Shown: positions 24,539-36,584 of the stretch, in pieces
Layout: every line of letters begins with the position of its first letter
Numbering within the stretch: position 1 is the first letter of the stretch
Assembly (NCBI RefSeq): GCF_006345805.1
Contig: NC_043014.1
Location: forward strand, 14,880,001-14,944,000
Source of the DNA: Octopus sinensis
Lineage: Eukaryota
Direction of reading: 5' to 3'
Length of the DNA: 64,000 nt
The notes under the pieces: model-generated
What the model saw: the letters and a program-made list of their open reading frames with translations, nothing else
What the model was told of the DNA's origin: nothing
Database searches by the model: none
Made by a program: the position numbers and the translations under genes

Positions 24539-25256
24539 GGATCTTTTCCTTTTGAACGGCAGTTTTCAACACAATTTCTAGTTAACTAAACACTTTTAAA
24601 CTTCGTATACTGGTAGAATGTGTCAAAATAAAACAATTTTTTCTCTTGGCTTTCTTGAGAAAATTGTAATTTGTAAGTTTAACATAGTTTAATTTTTCGA
24701 ATTTTAACCAATCCTATGCCCTCTATTGAGCTAAAATCATTTGCTGCGTCTAAAACTGAGACAGCATCCTGTCACTAACCCTAACACTCACCCTAACCCT
24801 AACCCTAAATTTTAGCCTTTCGTTTATTTTTTCTTAATTGTTAAATTAATTTAATTGTTACGCGTGTGTCTAAAATTATTCGTTTTGTTTTTGATTTGAG
24901 TTTTTGCTTTCGTTTTAGCCTTTCGTTTTTTTTCTTAATTGTTATCCTTAAATTAATTTAACAATTAAGAAAAAATAAACGAAAGGCTAAAATTTAGGGT
25001 TAGGGTGAGGGTTAGGGTTAGTGACAGGATGTTGTCTGTTTTGGACGCAGCAAATGATTTTAGCTCAATAGAGGGCATAGGATTGGTTAAAATTCGAAAA
25101 ATTAAACTACGTTAAACTTACAAATTACAATTTTCTCAAGAAAGCCAAGAGAAAAAAAATGTTTTATTTTGACACATTCTACCAGTATACGAAGTTTAAA
25201 AGTGTTTAGTTAACTAAAAATTGTGTTGAAAACTGCCGTTCAAAAGGAAAAGATCC
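24539..25256. mobile_element. Foldback MITE with ~310-bp TIRs, GG..CC termini and an 8-bp TSD (Merlin/IS1016-type signature)
   Basis: Arms 24539-24854 and 24948-25256. The TSD CCGAGTTC occurs at 24531-24538 and 25257-25264. The element splits a SINE, whose sequence resumes after it. Confidence 0.85.
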
Positions 25257-25767
25257 CCGAGTTCAAATACCGCCATAGTCGGTTTTGCTTTTCATTCTTT
25301 AAGGGCCGATGAAATAAGTACCAGTGGAACCCTGAACTCGATGTAATCAATAGGCACATACTCCAAAATTTCAGGATTTGTGCCAATAGCAGAAAGGATT
25401 TAGAGAGAAAATAGAAGGAAGACGAGTAGGAATCGATGAGAAATGACAAAACTAAGGAAGAAAATAATAAGTAAAAACGCGAAGCAAGATATATCGGCTT
25501 CCAGTTGGTAGCCATCTTAAGTAAATTGTTCAAACATAGAGAAAATAATTAAATCGCGACTTAAGGGATTTATGGTTAAGATTTAGACTAAAAGAACTTA
25601 TCGAATATCAATATCCTTTTAGCTAAACAAATAACTGATTATTTTATATTTTATGTCCTCTCTGAATGGAGAGATTTTGTGACATCCATGATTTTGCAAT
25701 GGAATTTGCATCATGAAGTGAAGAGGACCGGCTTAGAGGAAGATGCTAAATTGAAACAGTCAATATA

Positions 25768-25785
25768 TCTATTATATAAAATCCG

Positions 25786-25820
<35 letters not shown>

Positions 25821-26162
25821 TTCTAGGATCTCGGGCATCCTCCATCCGATTGCGCTCAAATTTGATATGTAGATATCGACGGTATCAGGGCGTGTATAAG
25901 TCTTGAAAAAATTACAAAAATCGATTCCAGGTGAGAATGCGATCGATAAAGCCGTGGGAACGTGCATTTGTATAATTGCTTTTTTGGGGAATAGAAAAAA
26001 GTCTATCTTTATTTCTTCTTTTACTGGTGTCTCAAATTTAGGCTAAATCAGTGTTTCTCAAAGGGGAGGCCTGTGGGACGGTCGGACAAGTTGTTTTGAG
26101 AAACTTTGGTTTAAATGTTTGACAACTCAGCACCGTCCATTGGACGGGGGGCGTTTTGCTCG
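25768..26162 (+). mobile_element. Non-autonomous Helitron (copy 1)
   Basis: A|TCTATTATATAAAATCCG 5' end followed by (GT)n, a subterminal hairpin CCGTCCA-T-TGGACGG at 26133-26147, and a 3' end CTCG|T (CTRR-like). Confidence 0.7.
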
Positions 26163-26502
26163 TATATATATATATATATACATATATATGCCTACACACA
26201 CGCACATACACATGGATGGATGGATGGATGTGTGTGCCTGTGTGTCTGTTTCTACCACCACCACCACCACCACTCCCACCTGACAACCGGTGTTGGTTTG
26301 TTACTCGTAACTTAACATTTCGACTGTATGGATCGATAGAATAAGTACCAGGCTATAAGTACTGGAATAGATATTTATTCGGCTAAAATACTTCGAGGCG
26401 GTGCTCTAACATGGCCGCAGTCGAATGACCGAAACAAGTGAAAGATACACAGATACGCACGCGCACATACAGACACACAGACACATTCCAGTTATATATA
26501 TA

Positions 26503-26857
26503 CAAGCAAAACGCCCGCCGTCCAATGGATGGTGCTGAGTTGTCAGACATTTAAACGAAATTTTCTCAAAACAACTTGTCCGACCATCCCATAGGCCTCC
26601 CCTTTGAGAAACACTGATTTAACCTAAATTTGAGACACCAATAAAAGAAGAAATAAAGATATACTTTTTTCTATTCCAAAGAATGCTTTATCGATCGTAT
26701 TCTCACCTGGAATCGATTTTTGTAATTTTTTCAAGACTTATACACGCCCTGATACCGTCGGTATCAACAAATCAAATTTGAGCGCAATCGGATGGAGGAT
26801 GCCCGAGATCCTAGAAGACACACACACAGACAGACGGAACGGATTTTATATAATAGA
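26503..26857 (-). mobile_element. Non-autonomous Helitron (copy 2, inverted relative to copy 1)
   Basis: Reverse complement of 25768-26162 apart from substitutions, an ~28-bp deletion and a shorter microsatellite. Same A|TC start and a CTTG|T end. Confidence 0.7.
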
Positions 26858-27167
26858 TATTGGAATCAAGTCGTTTTAATCCTGTTTTTCTTTCCTTTTC
26901 AATTAAGCGTAAAGATTCCTATATCCTAAAAGAGAATGAATGGAAAGATACGAATGACATTTATGCCATTTCTAAGAGAATTAACAGTATTTTAAGGTAC
27001 ATTAAACTGCATTCATTTGGGAATCGGAAACATCTAATCATTGAAATTGTAAAGCTTGGCTGCAACTACTATTAATCAGAAAATTCAGTGAAATGTATTT
27101 ATGTTATTTACTGGATGGAACAAAGCAATAGTCAGCGGTTTCAAATTATGATATTTAACTCATTTAG

Positions 27168-27593
27168 GGTGATGAGCTGGCAGAAACGTTAGCACGCCAG
27201 GCGAAATGCTTAGTGCTATTTCGTCTGCCGCTACGTTCTGAGTTCAAATTCCGCCGAGGTGGACTTTGCCTTTCATCCTTTCGGGGCCGATAAATTAAGT
27301 ACCAGTTACGCACTGGGGTCGATATAATCGACTTAATTCGTTTGTCTGTCCTTGTTTGTCCGCTCAGTGTTTAGCCCCTTGTGGGTAGTAAAGAAATAGA
27401 AATATGTATTTCGTCTGCCGCTATGTTCTGAGTTCAAATTCCGCCGAGGTCGACTTTGCCTTTCATCCTTTCGGGGTCGATTAAATAAGTACCATTTATG
27501 CACTGGGGTCGATATAATTGACTTAATTCGTTTGTCTGTCCTTGTTTGTCCCTTCTGTGTTTAGCCCCTTGTGGGCAATAAAGAAATAAGAAT
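27168..27593 (+). mobile_element. Dimeric tRNA-derived SINE (family A: GGCGGCGAGCTGGCAGAA...GAGTTCAAATTCC)
   Basis: A full monomer plus a 5'-truncated monomer with B-box-like GAGTTCAAATTCC, followed by further family A copies up to ~27925. Confidence 0.8.
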
Positions 27594-28243
27594 CGTTACC
27601 GCGCCGGGCAGAATGCTTTGCGGCATTTCGTCCGTTTTACGTTCTCAGGTCAAATTCTGCCGAGTTCGACTTTGCCTTTTATCCTTTCGAGGTCGTTAAA
27701 ATCGTTAAAATAAGTGCAAGTTGATCACTGGGATTGATGTTATCGACTTACTCTCTTCACCGAAATTCCTGGCCTTGTACCGAAATTTGAAACTAATATT
27801 TAGCTCATTAAGGCGCCGAGCAGGCAGAATCGTTACCGTGCTGAAGAAAATGCTTCGTGGCATTTCGTCCGTCTTTACGTTCTGAGTTCAAAGTACGCCG
27901 AGGTCGACTTTGCTTTTCATCCTTTTGCGACCCCAAAAGAATGACAGGCAAAGTCGACCTCGGCGTACTCACACATACAAACACACACAGGCAGACACAA
28001 ACACACACACACACACACGCACGCACGCATCTTTTCTTTTGCTTGTTTCAGTCATTAGACTGCGGCCATGCTGGGGCACCGCATTGAAGAATTTTTAGTC
28101 GAAGGAATCGACACCAGTACATTTTTTAAAGCCTGGAACAATAAGGACCACTTAATAACTGGGGTCGATGTAATCAGCTGACCACCTTCTCCGAAATTGC
28201 TGGCCTAGTGTCAAAACTTGAAACCGATATATAGCGCTGTAGG

Positions 28244-28562
28244 GAAGGCGCGTGGCTTAGTGGTTAGGGCATTCGGCTCTCGATTATAAGGTTGTGAGTT
28301 CGATTCCCGGCGACGCGTTTTGTCCTTGAACAAAACACTTTATTTCACGTTGCTCCAGTCCACTCAGCTGGCAAAAATGAGTTGTACCTGTATTTCAAAG
28401 GGCCGGCCTTGTCACACTTTGTGTCACGCTGAATCTCCCCGAGAACTAAGTTAGGGTTACACATGTCTGGATTACTCAGTCACTTGCACGTTAATTTCAT
28501 GAGCAGGCTGTTCCGTTGATCGTACCAGCTGGGACCCTCGTCGTCGTAACCGACGGAGTGCT
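28244..28562 (+). mobile_element. tRNA-derived SINE family B
   Basis: Colinear with 16507-16830. Confidence 0.8.
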
Positions 28563-29906
28563 CCAAAACAGTGAAGACGTGTTCTTGTGGTTAAAAGGCG
28601 GCGAGCTGGCAGAAGCGTTAGCACGCCGGGCGAAGTGCGTAACCGTATTTCGTCTGCCGTTTCGTTCTAAGTTCAAATTCCGCCGAGGTCGACTTTGCCT
28701 TTCATCCTTTTGGGGTCGATAAATTAAGTACCAGTTACGCACTGGGGTCGATGTAATCGACTTAATTCGTTTGTCTGTCCTTGTTTATCCCCTATATGTT
28801 TAGCCCCTTGTGGGCAATAAAGAAATAGGTATTGTACTCACGATCGAAAGAATGCGGTTTCGATTTCAAGACCGGGCGAAGCGTTGTTTTCTGGAAGAAA
28901 ACACTTCATTCGGTGTTGCGCGTTCCAGTAAGCTGTAAAGGAGTAATCCTGCCACAGACTGGTATCCTGTTCAAGGTGAATGTTGAGTTATCGGTCCCTT
29001 ATACGCCATGGATACCGGGTAACAGACCCTTGAGCCCCCAGAACCCGAAATAGTAATGTCCAACTCGTTTCTTCACGAGAAACAATACAGAAAAAAAGAG
29101 ACGCAATCACACTGAAATGCGGTGCTCCAGCATGGCCTTGAGACGTTGGCTGAAAACCAATGAAACAATAAAACTCTATACCTATTTATTGTGTGTGTAT
29201 GTGTCTGTGTATGTATGTGTGTGTGTGTGTGCGGTGCCCCAGCATGGCCTTTAGACTTTGGCTGAAAACCAATAAAACAATAAAACTCTATATCTATTTA
29301 TTGTGTATGTATGTGTGTGTGTATGTGTGTGTGTGTGTATGTGTATGTGCGTGTGTATGTGTGTGTATATGTGTGTGTGTATGTGTGTATGTGTGTGTGT
29401 GTGTATGTGCATGTATGTGCTTGTGTGCGTGCATGTGTGCGTGCATATATGCGTGTGTGTGTTGTATAGAAGAGGAGATTGTACAGCGAGGTCTGATAAG
29501 TGTTTGTAACAAGGAAACGTGTAATTCCCTACTTTGGAATCGGTAATCTTGAAATGATTCGATTGGAATAATGTATTTGGATATGATATTTCGTAATATG
29601 TAATGATGTATCTCGAAATAAACTTGATTGAGACAATCTATTTTTCTTCACATATTATTGTATTTGGACATGATTTCATTGTAATAATATAGTTTGGAAT
29701 TAATTAAATTCCTCGTGAAAAGAACATCACATTTCCTTTTTATTATTATTTTTCCATATACGTATGTGTGTATGAGTGTATATATATATATATACATAAA
29801 TATATATCGGGAGAGAGAGAGAGAGGGAGAGAGAAAGAGAGAGAGAGCGAACGAGATGTACATAAATATATACACACACACACACATACAAACACAAATA
29901 CACACA

Positions 29907-29973
<67 letters not shown>

Positions 29974-29977
<4 letters not shown>

Positions 29978-30138
29978 GCTTTATTTAAAGCAGCAGAAAA
30001 TTCAACAAAACCTGTTACTCTGAGTTTCACGTAGCCGTTCATCGGACAGTTTCTAGCAAAAACTGTCAGATGAACGGCAACGTGAAACTCAGAGTAACAG
30101 GTTTTGTTGAATTTTCTGCTGCTTTAAATAAAGCATAT
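29974..30138. repeat. Foldback with ~80-bp arms made of two inverted minimal hammerhead units
   Basis: Arms 29974-30052 and 30059-30138 are reverse complements with 2 mismatches around a 6-nt loop. Each reads AAA(A)CUGU-C(A/C)GAUGA-ACG-GC(A/U)A-CGU-GAAA-CUCAGAGU-A-ACAGGUUUU. Confidence 0.85.
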
Positions 30139-31731
30139 TACTCTACCATTGGTATTTGAATACTCTTTTTTTCCACCTTGTTTCACATTTATGTATTTAC
30201 TCCGGTATATATATATACATATACATACATACATACACAACAAGCTTTTTCCAGTTCCTGCCAATCAGATCCACTCACAAGGCTTTGGTCGGCCCGAGGG
30301 TATAATGGCAAACACTCTCCCAAGGTGCTACGCAAAGGAACTGAACCCGGAATGATGTGGTTGGGAAACAAGCGTCTGTCCATCGACGGGCAGCATTCGA
30401 GATTTTCTATCCCAGAGGCTGGCAAACTAATGCTATTTATTTATAGTATTTCTGTGCTTTGAAGTCCAAAAATATTCTTTTCTACTCTAGGCACAATGCC
30501 CGAAATTTTTGGGAAGGAGATCAGTCGATTAGATCGACCCCAATACGTAACTGGTGCTTAATTTATCGACCCTGAAATGATGAAAGGTAAAGTCGACCTC
30601 GACGGAATTTGAACTCAGAACATGAAGACAGACGAAATACCGCTAACGTTTCGCCCGGTGTGCTAACGTTTCTACCAACCTACCGCCTTAAATTCCCCCA
30701 AAATTACTTCAGGTTATCTCGAGATTTTTAAAATTCTTCTGCTGTTAACAATATATATGTGCATGCGCGCACGCGTGTGTATATGAAGCTTGTTTCCAAC
30801 CACATGGTTCCGGGTTCAGTCCCACTATGTGCCACCTTGGGCAAGTATCTTCTACTATAGCCTTCAGCCGACCAAAGCCTTGTAACTGGATTTGGTAGAC
30901 TGAAAGAAGCCCGTCGTATATATGTGTGTGTGTGCGTGTGTGTATGTGTGTGGTGTGTGTGTGGTGTGCGTGTGTGTGTGTACGTGTGTGTGTGTGTGTG
31001 TCTGTGTGTCTGTGTTTGTTCTTCCACCATCGTTTGACAACCGATGCTGGTGTGTTTATGTCCCTGTAACATAGCGGTTTGGCAAAGAGGATCGATACAA
31101 TAGGTACTAGACTTACAAAGAATTATGTCCTGGGGTTGATTTCGACTAAAACCGTTTAGGGCCGGAGTCAAATGACTGAAACAAGTAAAAGAATAAAAAA
31201 AAATACATTCAGAGGTAGAGAGGGAGAGAGAGAAAGAGTAAGAGAGAACGAGAGAAAGAAAGAGCAAGAGAGCGAAAGAGAAATAGGAAGAGAATGAGAG
31301 AGAGAGAGAGGAGTAATTACAACATGGCAGAGTTAAAATCGTGTTTCATCGATTCCTTGAGGTGTGACAGTTTCTGCTGCATCACTGCAACCTGGTCGTC
31401 ACCGATAGAATTCCCCAGCATCTGTTTGATGCCTAGTTAATGGCAAATTCCTATAGGCTTCGGTAGGTTTTTCGTTTCTGTCTTATTGAAGTCACAGAAA
31501 TATGGGTTTGATGCATACATGCTGTCTTGACCTCGTGACATAAGGTTACCATTAGTCACATTGTGTTCTTTCTTTTGTGTCTATCACCAATGTTCCATAT
31601 TCTTTTTTTGCTCTTATGTTGCCTTTCTCCCTATTTTTTCCCGCCTTCAATTGTTAAAGTTGCTGGCTTTCAGTTCAAGCATAACACGATCGTTACGTTA
31701 GCACAAACACAGACACACACACACACACACA

Positions 31732-31816
<85 letters not shown>

Positions 31817-31942
31817 GATATTCTTATTGCATTCTTCGTTTGATAGAATCTATAGAAATTTGGTTCTTGAATGCTAATATAAAGAATAATGTCGATATAT
31901 TCTTCACACCTATACTTATCTGTCTGTCTGTCTATATATTAT

Positions 31943-31985
<43 letters not shown>

Positions 31986-32001
31986 AATTATAATTATAAT
32001 T

Positions 32002-32143
32002 TAGGGTATCTAAGAGATACCCTAACGCTGGAAATAGCAGCCAAAACTTGACTCTAAAATCACATTAAATGAACATTTAATGTGCTTTTAGAGTCAAGTT
32101 TTGGCTGCTATTTCCAGCATGGTGGTATCTCTTGGATACCCTA
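32002..32143. repeat. Foldback hairpin with GAAATAGCAGCCAA core
   Basis: Arms of about 70 bp (TAGGGTATC...CATTAAATG / CATTTAATG...GATACCCTA). Confidence 0.8.
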
Positions 32144-32641
32144 GGTTTTTATTCTCATGCTGGCCACCTGTTAAGATCGGTATTTAAATAGCGATCTTAT
32201 CCTTATTTATATAAATACACACACACACACACACATATACATACATACACATATACATACACAAGGCTATGTATATATGTGCATGCACACATGCACACAC
32301 ATGCACACATGCATACACATGCACATACACACACAAAATTTCCAGGATTCAAGAGAATCAAGTACTTAAATAGTAAAAGCACCAAGGTCAGGTCAGTGGT
32401 AGCGCTTCCGTGTACAAACAATATTTAAGGACATGTACGTACTCCCTAAAGTAAACACGGATTTGTATTCCGGTTGTGCGTACATTTACAAATGGCTAGA
32501 CTGAATTCACAACAAATCATCAAGGTACACTCATTGCACCTATTACACCTATTGCACCCACTGCACCTAAATACTAGATCCAAACGAATTGCAGGTTCCG
32601 AGTTAGGTGAAGGATAAACAATAACAATAGATGGATTGTGG

Positions 32642-32734
32642 TTTACTACATCTGTTTCAAACGTGTTTTTTATATTTATTGATAAACAGAAGTGTTACAT
32701 CATGCAGGAAAAAAAACCGTTTTCTTCAGGTGAA
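32642..32734 (-). ncRNA. Type I hammerhead ribozyme, intact core, GUA site
   Basis: CUGAAGA (32729-32723), stem II AAACG-GUUUUUU/AAAAAAC-A-CGUUU, GAAAC-AGAU-GU, A17 at 32647, short stem I UUCAC/GUAAA with one mismatch. Confidence 0.65.
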
Positions 32735-32849
32735 TACAGGTAAGAATTAAACATTTAGAACTTCTCAAGAACAAGTACATAGTGTCAGGATAATGAGAAA
32801 CTCTAAGGAGACATGAGCAGTAGAAGATCTTCAGAGAGTAAGTCCCTTT

Positions 32850-33500
32850 ATTCTTTATAGTCTAAGGGAGCCAGGCCGCATCCAGGTCACGATCCTGGAT
32901 ATTCCTCAGGTGTAACAGTCTGTGCTACTGACTGCATTTCAACCTGTACCTTCGTCGGTAGTGAAGGTGACCCTGAGCAAAAATACCTTGGATATCGTAA
33001 CCATTTAGGTGTGCGGCCAGTTGATCGTAGGGTAAATTGTACCTTTTGAAATTCACTTCCATTCTTCCTGGACCAGATCCAGTCGGAACTCTACTCAGCT
33101 ACATCTACTATTGCCTTAAGGGCTCTGGTTTCCTTCCGTTTAGAATCTGAGGGCCAGTTCACGAGTTCACAGGTTGACATTCCCATTAAACGCCCTCGTT
33201 CCAACCTATATGGCAAGGTCTTTAGTCTGGAAGCCGGACTCTCAATCGGCTAAAATACTGTTTCTCAGTCTTGTAGATGTGGGCTTCGTCTATTCTGCTT
33301 TCATTCGGCTTCGTGAGCTCTATTAACACAACATTTCTTGATGAGAATGAGTAGAATACAATATACGATCGCATAACATTCTTCTTGAAGTCGTCTGGGA
33401 GATTTTTTCCTTTCAGGAAGGTCAACCGATCCATCCTGTAGATCCTACTTCCACGATTCACTTGACACAGCTGTTCCAAGGCACAATCAACTTTACCTCT
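32850..33500 (-). mobile_element. RLE-type non-LTR retrotransposon 3' fragment (HERO/NeSL/R2-like)
   Basis: YIVFYSFSSRNVVLIELTKPNESRIDEAHIYKTEKQY resembles the (P)D..xIELTxP.E...EA...K..Y restriction-like endonuclease motif. The downstream sequence is degenerate. Confidence 0.6.
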
Positions 33501-34439
33501 GTAGAACACTAGTTGCCCCTGTAGAACACTAGTTCCCTCTGTAGAACACTGTGTTCCCTCTCCCAGTACAAATCACGCCTAAGAACTCCTTAATCACTTT
33601 ACTGTGCCTCCATGTGAGCCTCTGTTGGACTACGACTAATATTTGTTGCACCCTCATCATTTTATCATATATTTCGCCTCCTCTCTTGGGGGGGGGACAC
33701 ATTATTAGCCTATTATTGAACTGGGTGTTAGTGTAACATATAAGGAAAGTTTTGTGAATATTGCTTCACTGGTTTAGGCAATATGATGGTAACAGACAGA
33801 CAGACAGACATTGCTATTTATAATATATAAGATAGCAAATGGAGAACTGCATAAACTGAACGCTAACCGTAATGACGGTTATATAGGGAAAGTGAGGAGA
33901 AGACAAAGAGAAGAATAGAAAATTTAAAACAAAAATATCAGATGATACAAACAAAGAGAATACAACATAAAAGTGCGTAATGATAACCGATATCACATAG
34001 TCAAATATTAACTAAATAATAATCCGTATTTCTTTCTGTCAGGTCAGCAAGAAAAATATAATAAACATTGAAGCCTGCAAGTGTTTCCACTCAACTAAGT
34101 CTCAAACAGTTACAGCGGAACTGCATTTGTGATTAGGTCGCAGAGGGGCGGCAAAATTTTTTATAGGTAAATGATTCATTGAAAAGAGAATTTTAGAATC
34201 TTTTGTGTACTTTTAGCAAGGTTTAAGTGGATGCTTTACACTGTAATTGCTTCGGTTTTAACACACGGTCTCAGATCAAGTAATCTACCGGATAAGTACA
34301 ATTCCGAAATCAAGCTCATACGCATGCGCGCGCGCACACATGAAGTATATAAAGATATAGGTCTTTTTATTATGTCCTTAAGGCCTGTTGCCCAGTTTCA
34401 TTGGTATGTATAAGTGGTCGAGATCATTCCCTTGGATAG

Positions 34440-35085
34440 GACGCTAGTCCGTTGCAGGGTCCAATGCTAGCAAGTTATAGCACTGCAGAACCCTCCCTTC
34501 CATTCTGACCTTCAGTGTCACGTCTCCGACCGTAATGGTCTCCACCATGCTTTCAATATCTTCTAGGACAACCTGTATTACTATCTCCAGGCTCTGCCCT
34601 TGCCAGTTTCTGTAGGGTATTCTGGTGGCCTGCAGAACCACTACATATTCCTCTATGCTTAGTAGTATGGCAGCCACCCGCCAAGCTGCATCCACTTCTG
34701 GGGGTATGTCTTCTACCCTAAACCTGGAAGCACGTCTCCAAAGGTATACGGGTAGAAGCACCACTTCTTCAGCTTTTAATGGTGTAGCTGAGTGCAGTCT
34801 GGCGGTATCTATCTCATGAAACTGCTCCTCCACCGTTCCATACTTTCTTCCCCAGGCAAGGTATGAAATCGCTTGCTAGACTGGTTTCAACGCCTTTTCA
34901 ACTTGTACCTCCGACACCATTTCTATTTTTCTTGTTGCCACCGCGTACGTCCTGTAAATAATTGTCCTCTCATTTTTATCCTTTAATACTTCTGTAGGGG
35001 CAAACACCTTCACATCGTTCCCCTCCATTTTAAGTATTCTTCTAGACTCACGTCTTCCATTTTTCCTTTTGCGCTGCAGCACAAT
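34440..35085 (-). mobile_element. LINE ORF1-like (gag-like) relic with degenerate Zn knuckle
   Basis: Two colinear ORFs (35082-34876 and 34833-34444) ending in ...VTLKVRMEGRVLQCYNLLALD, resembling a decayed CxxC..H knuckle. Confidence 0.5.
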
Positions 35086-35322
35086 TCTTTGTTTCCATTT
35101 CCTTGTCAGTTCTTTTCAGTTTACCATTTATTCCTCAGACGGCATAAAGTCTGAAGAAGAAGGATTCAAATTTTCACATCTCATTACACGATGCCCCTCC
35201 ATTAAACAAGAGGGAAAACGTCGCACCGCTAAAATACGTGTGTTACACACAGATACAGTAGTTTAACTAACCAAAGCGTTAAACCGGAAGCAAGCTTCTT
35301 ACCACGCAGCCCCGCGTGCACC

Positions 35323-35383
<61 letters not shown>

Positions 35384-36117
35384 TAATTACAGTTCAAAGA
35401 ACGTGGTGACAAGCAATCAATTCACACTGTAGTTATTGAGTATTATTATGTCGGTTCTTTCTTTATTCCATTCCATTCCTTCTGATCTAACCCATTTCTA
35501 TCTTGGAACTCTCACAGGAGACACACACACACACCACACACACACACACACACAAAAGCGAAAGTACATCCCACGTGACAAAACTCACACGCTCCAAGAA
35601 GCGTAATGGAAAAAGAGAACAATGAAAGCCTTTTTCTTTACTTAATTTTTGATATAGATGTAATTTATTTCTTTTTATAAATCCAAAAAAAAAAAAATAA
35701 TAAAATTGATTCAAAATTGTTAGTGGTGGGCGAGAAGAAAAACAATTTACGAAGAAGGAAAATATTCAAACGGTAAAAGTCATGGAAGTAAAAATAATTA
35801 CAGGGAAAATTTTCTGCAGTCAATTGAACTTAGAGATAGAAGAAAGAGTATTATTATTAAGACATCTTATTTTACATTATTTCGTTTCGGTTTTTATTTT
35901 ATGTCTTTTTTTTCTAAATATTGTATTCTATATTTTCACAAATTCTCATGATTGTTTCGAGTGGATAGATAGAGAGATAGATAGATAGATAGATAGATAA
36001 TAGTTATACAGATTGATAATTTAATAGACATACAGAGAAATACCAGGCAAAATGATAGACTGACAGATAGAAATGTTTGTGTATATATATATGTTTGTGT
36101 GTGCATATATGTATATA

Positions 36118-36155
<38 letters not shown>

Positions 36156-36358
36156 TATATACACACATATATATAATAATTGCATATAATATGTATATAT
36201 ATATATATACATATGCTTATATTTATATATATATGTATGTATGTGTGTGTATATATATTATCTATAGCCATCTATTTACGTGTGTGTGTGTGTAAGTGTG
36301 GCAGAAGGAAAGAAAAAATGAGATAATTATATACTCTTGTCTATCAATATGTATTTAT

Positions 36359-36398
<40 letters not shown>

Positions 36399-36477
36399 CA
36401 TACATACATATATATATATATGTACATATGTATATCTAATGTGTATGTATATATACATTGTGTACCTATGTATGCAT

Positions 36478-36584
<107 letters not shown>

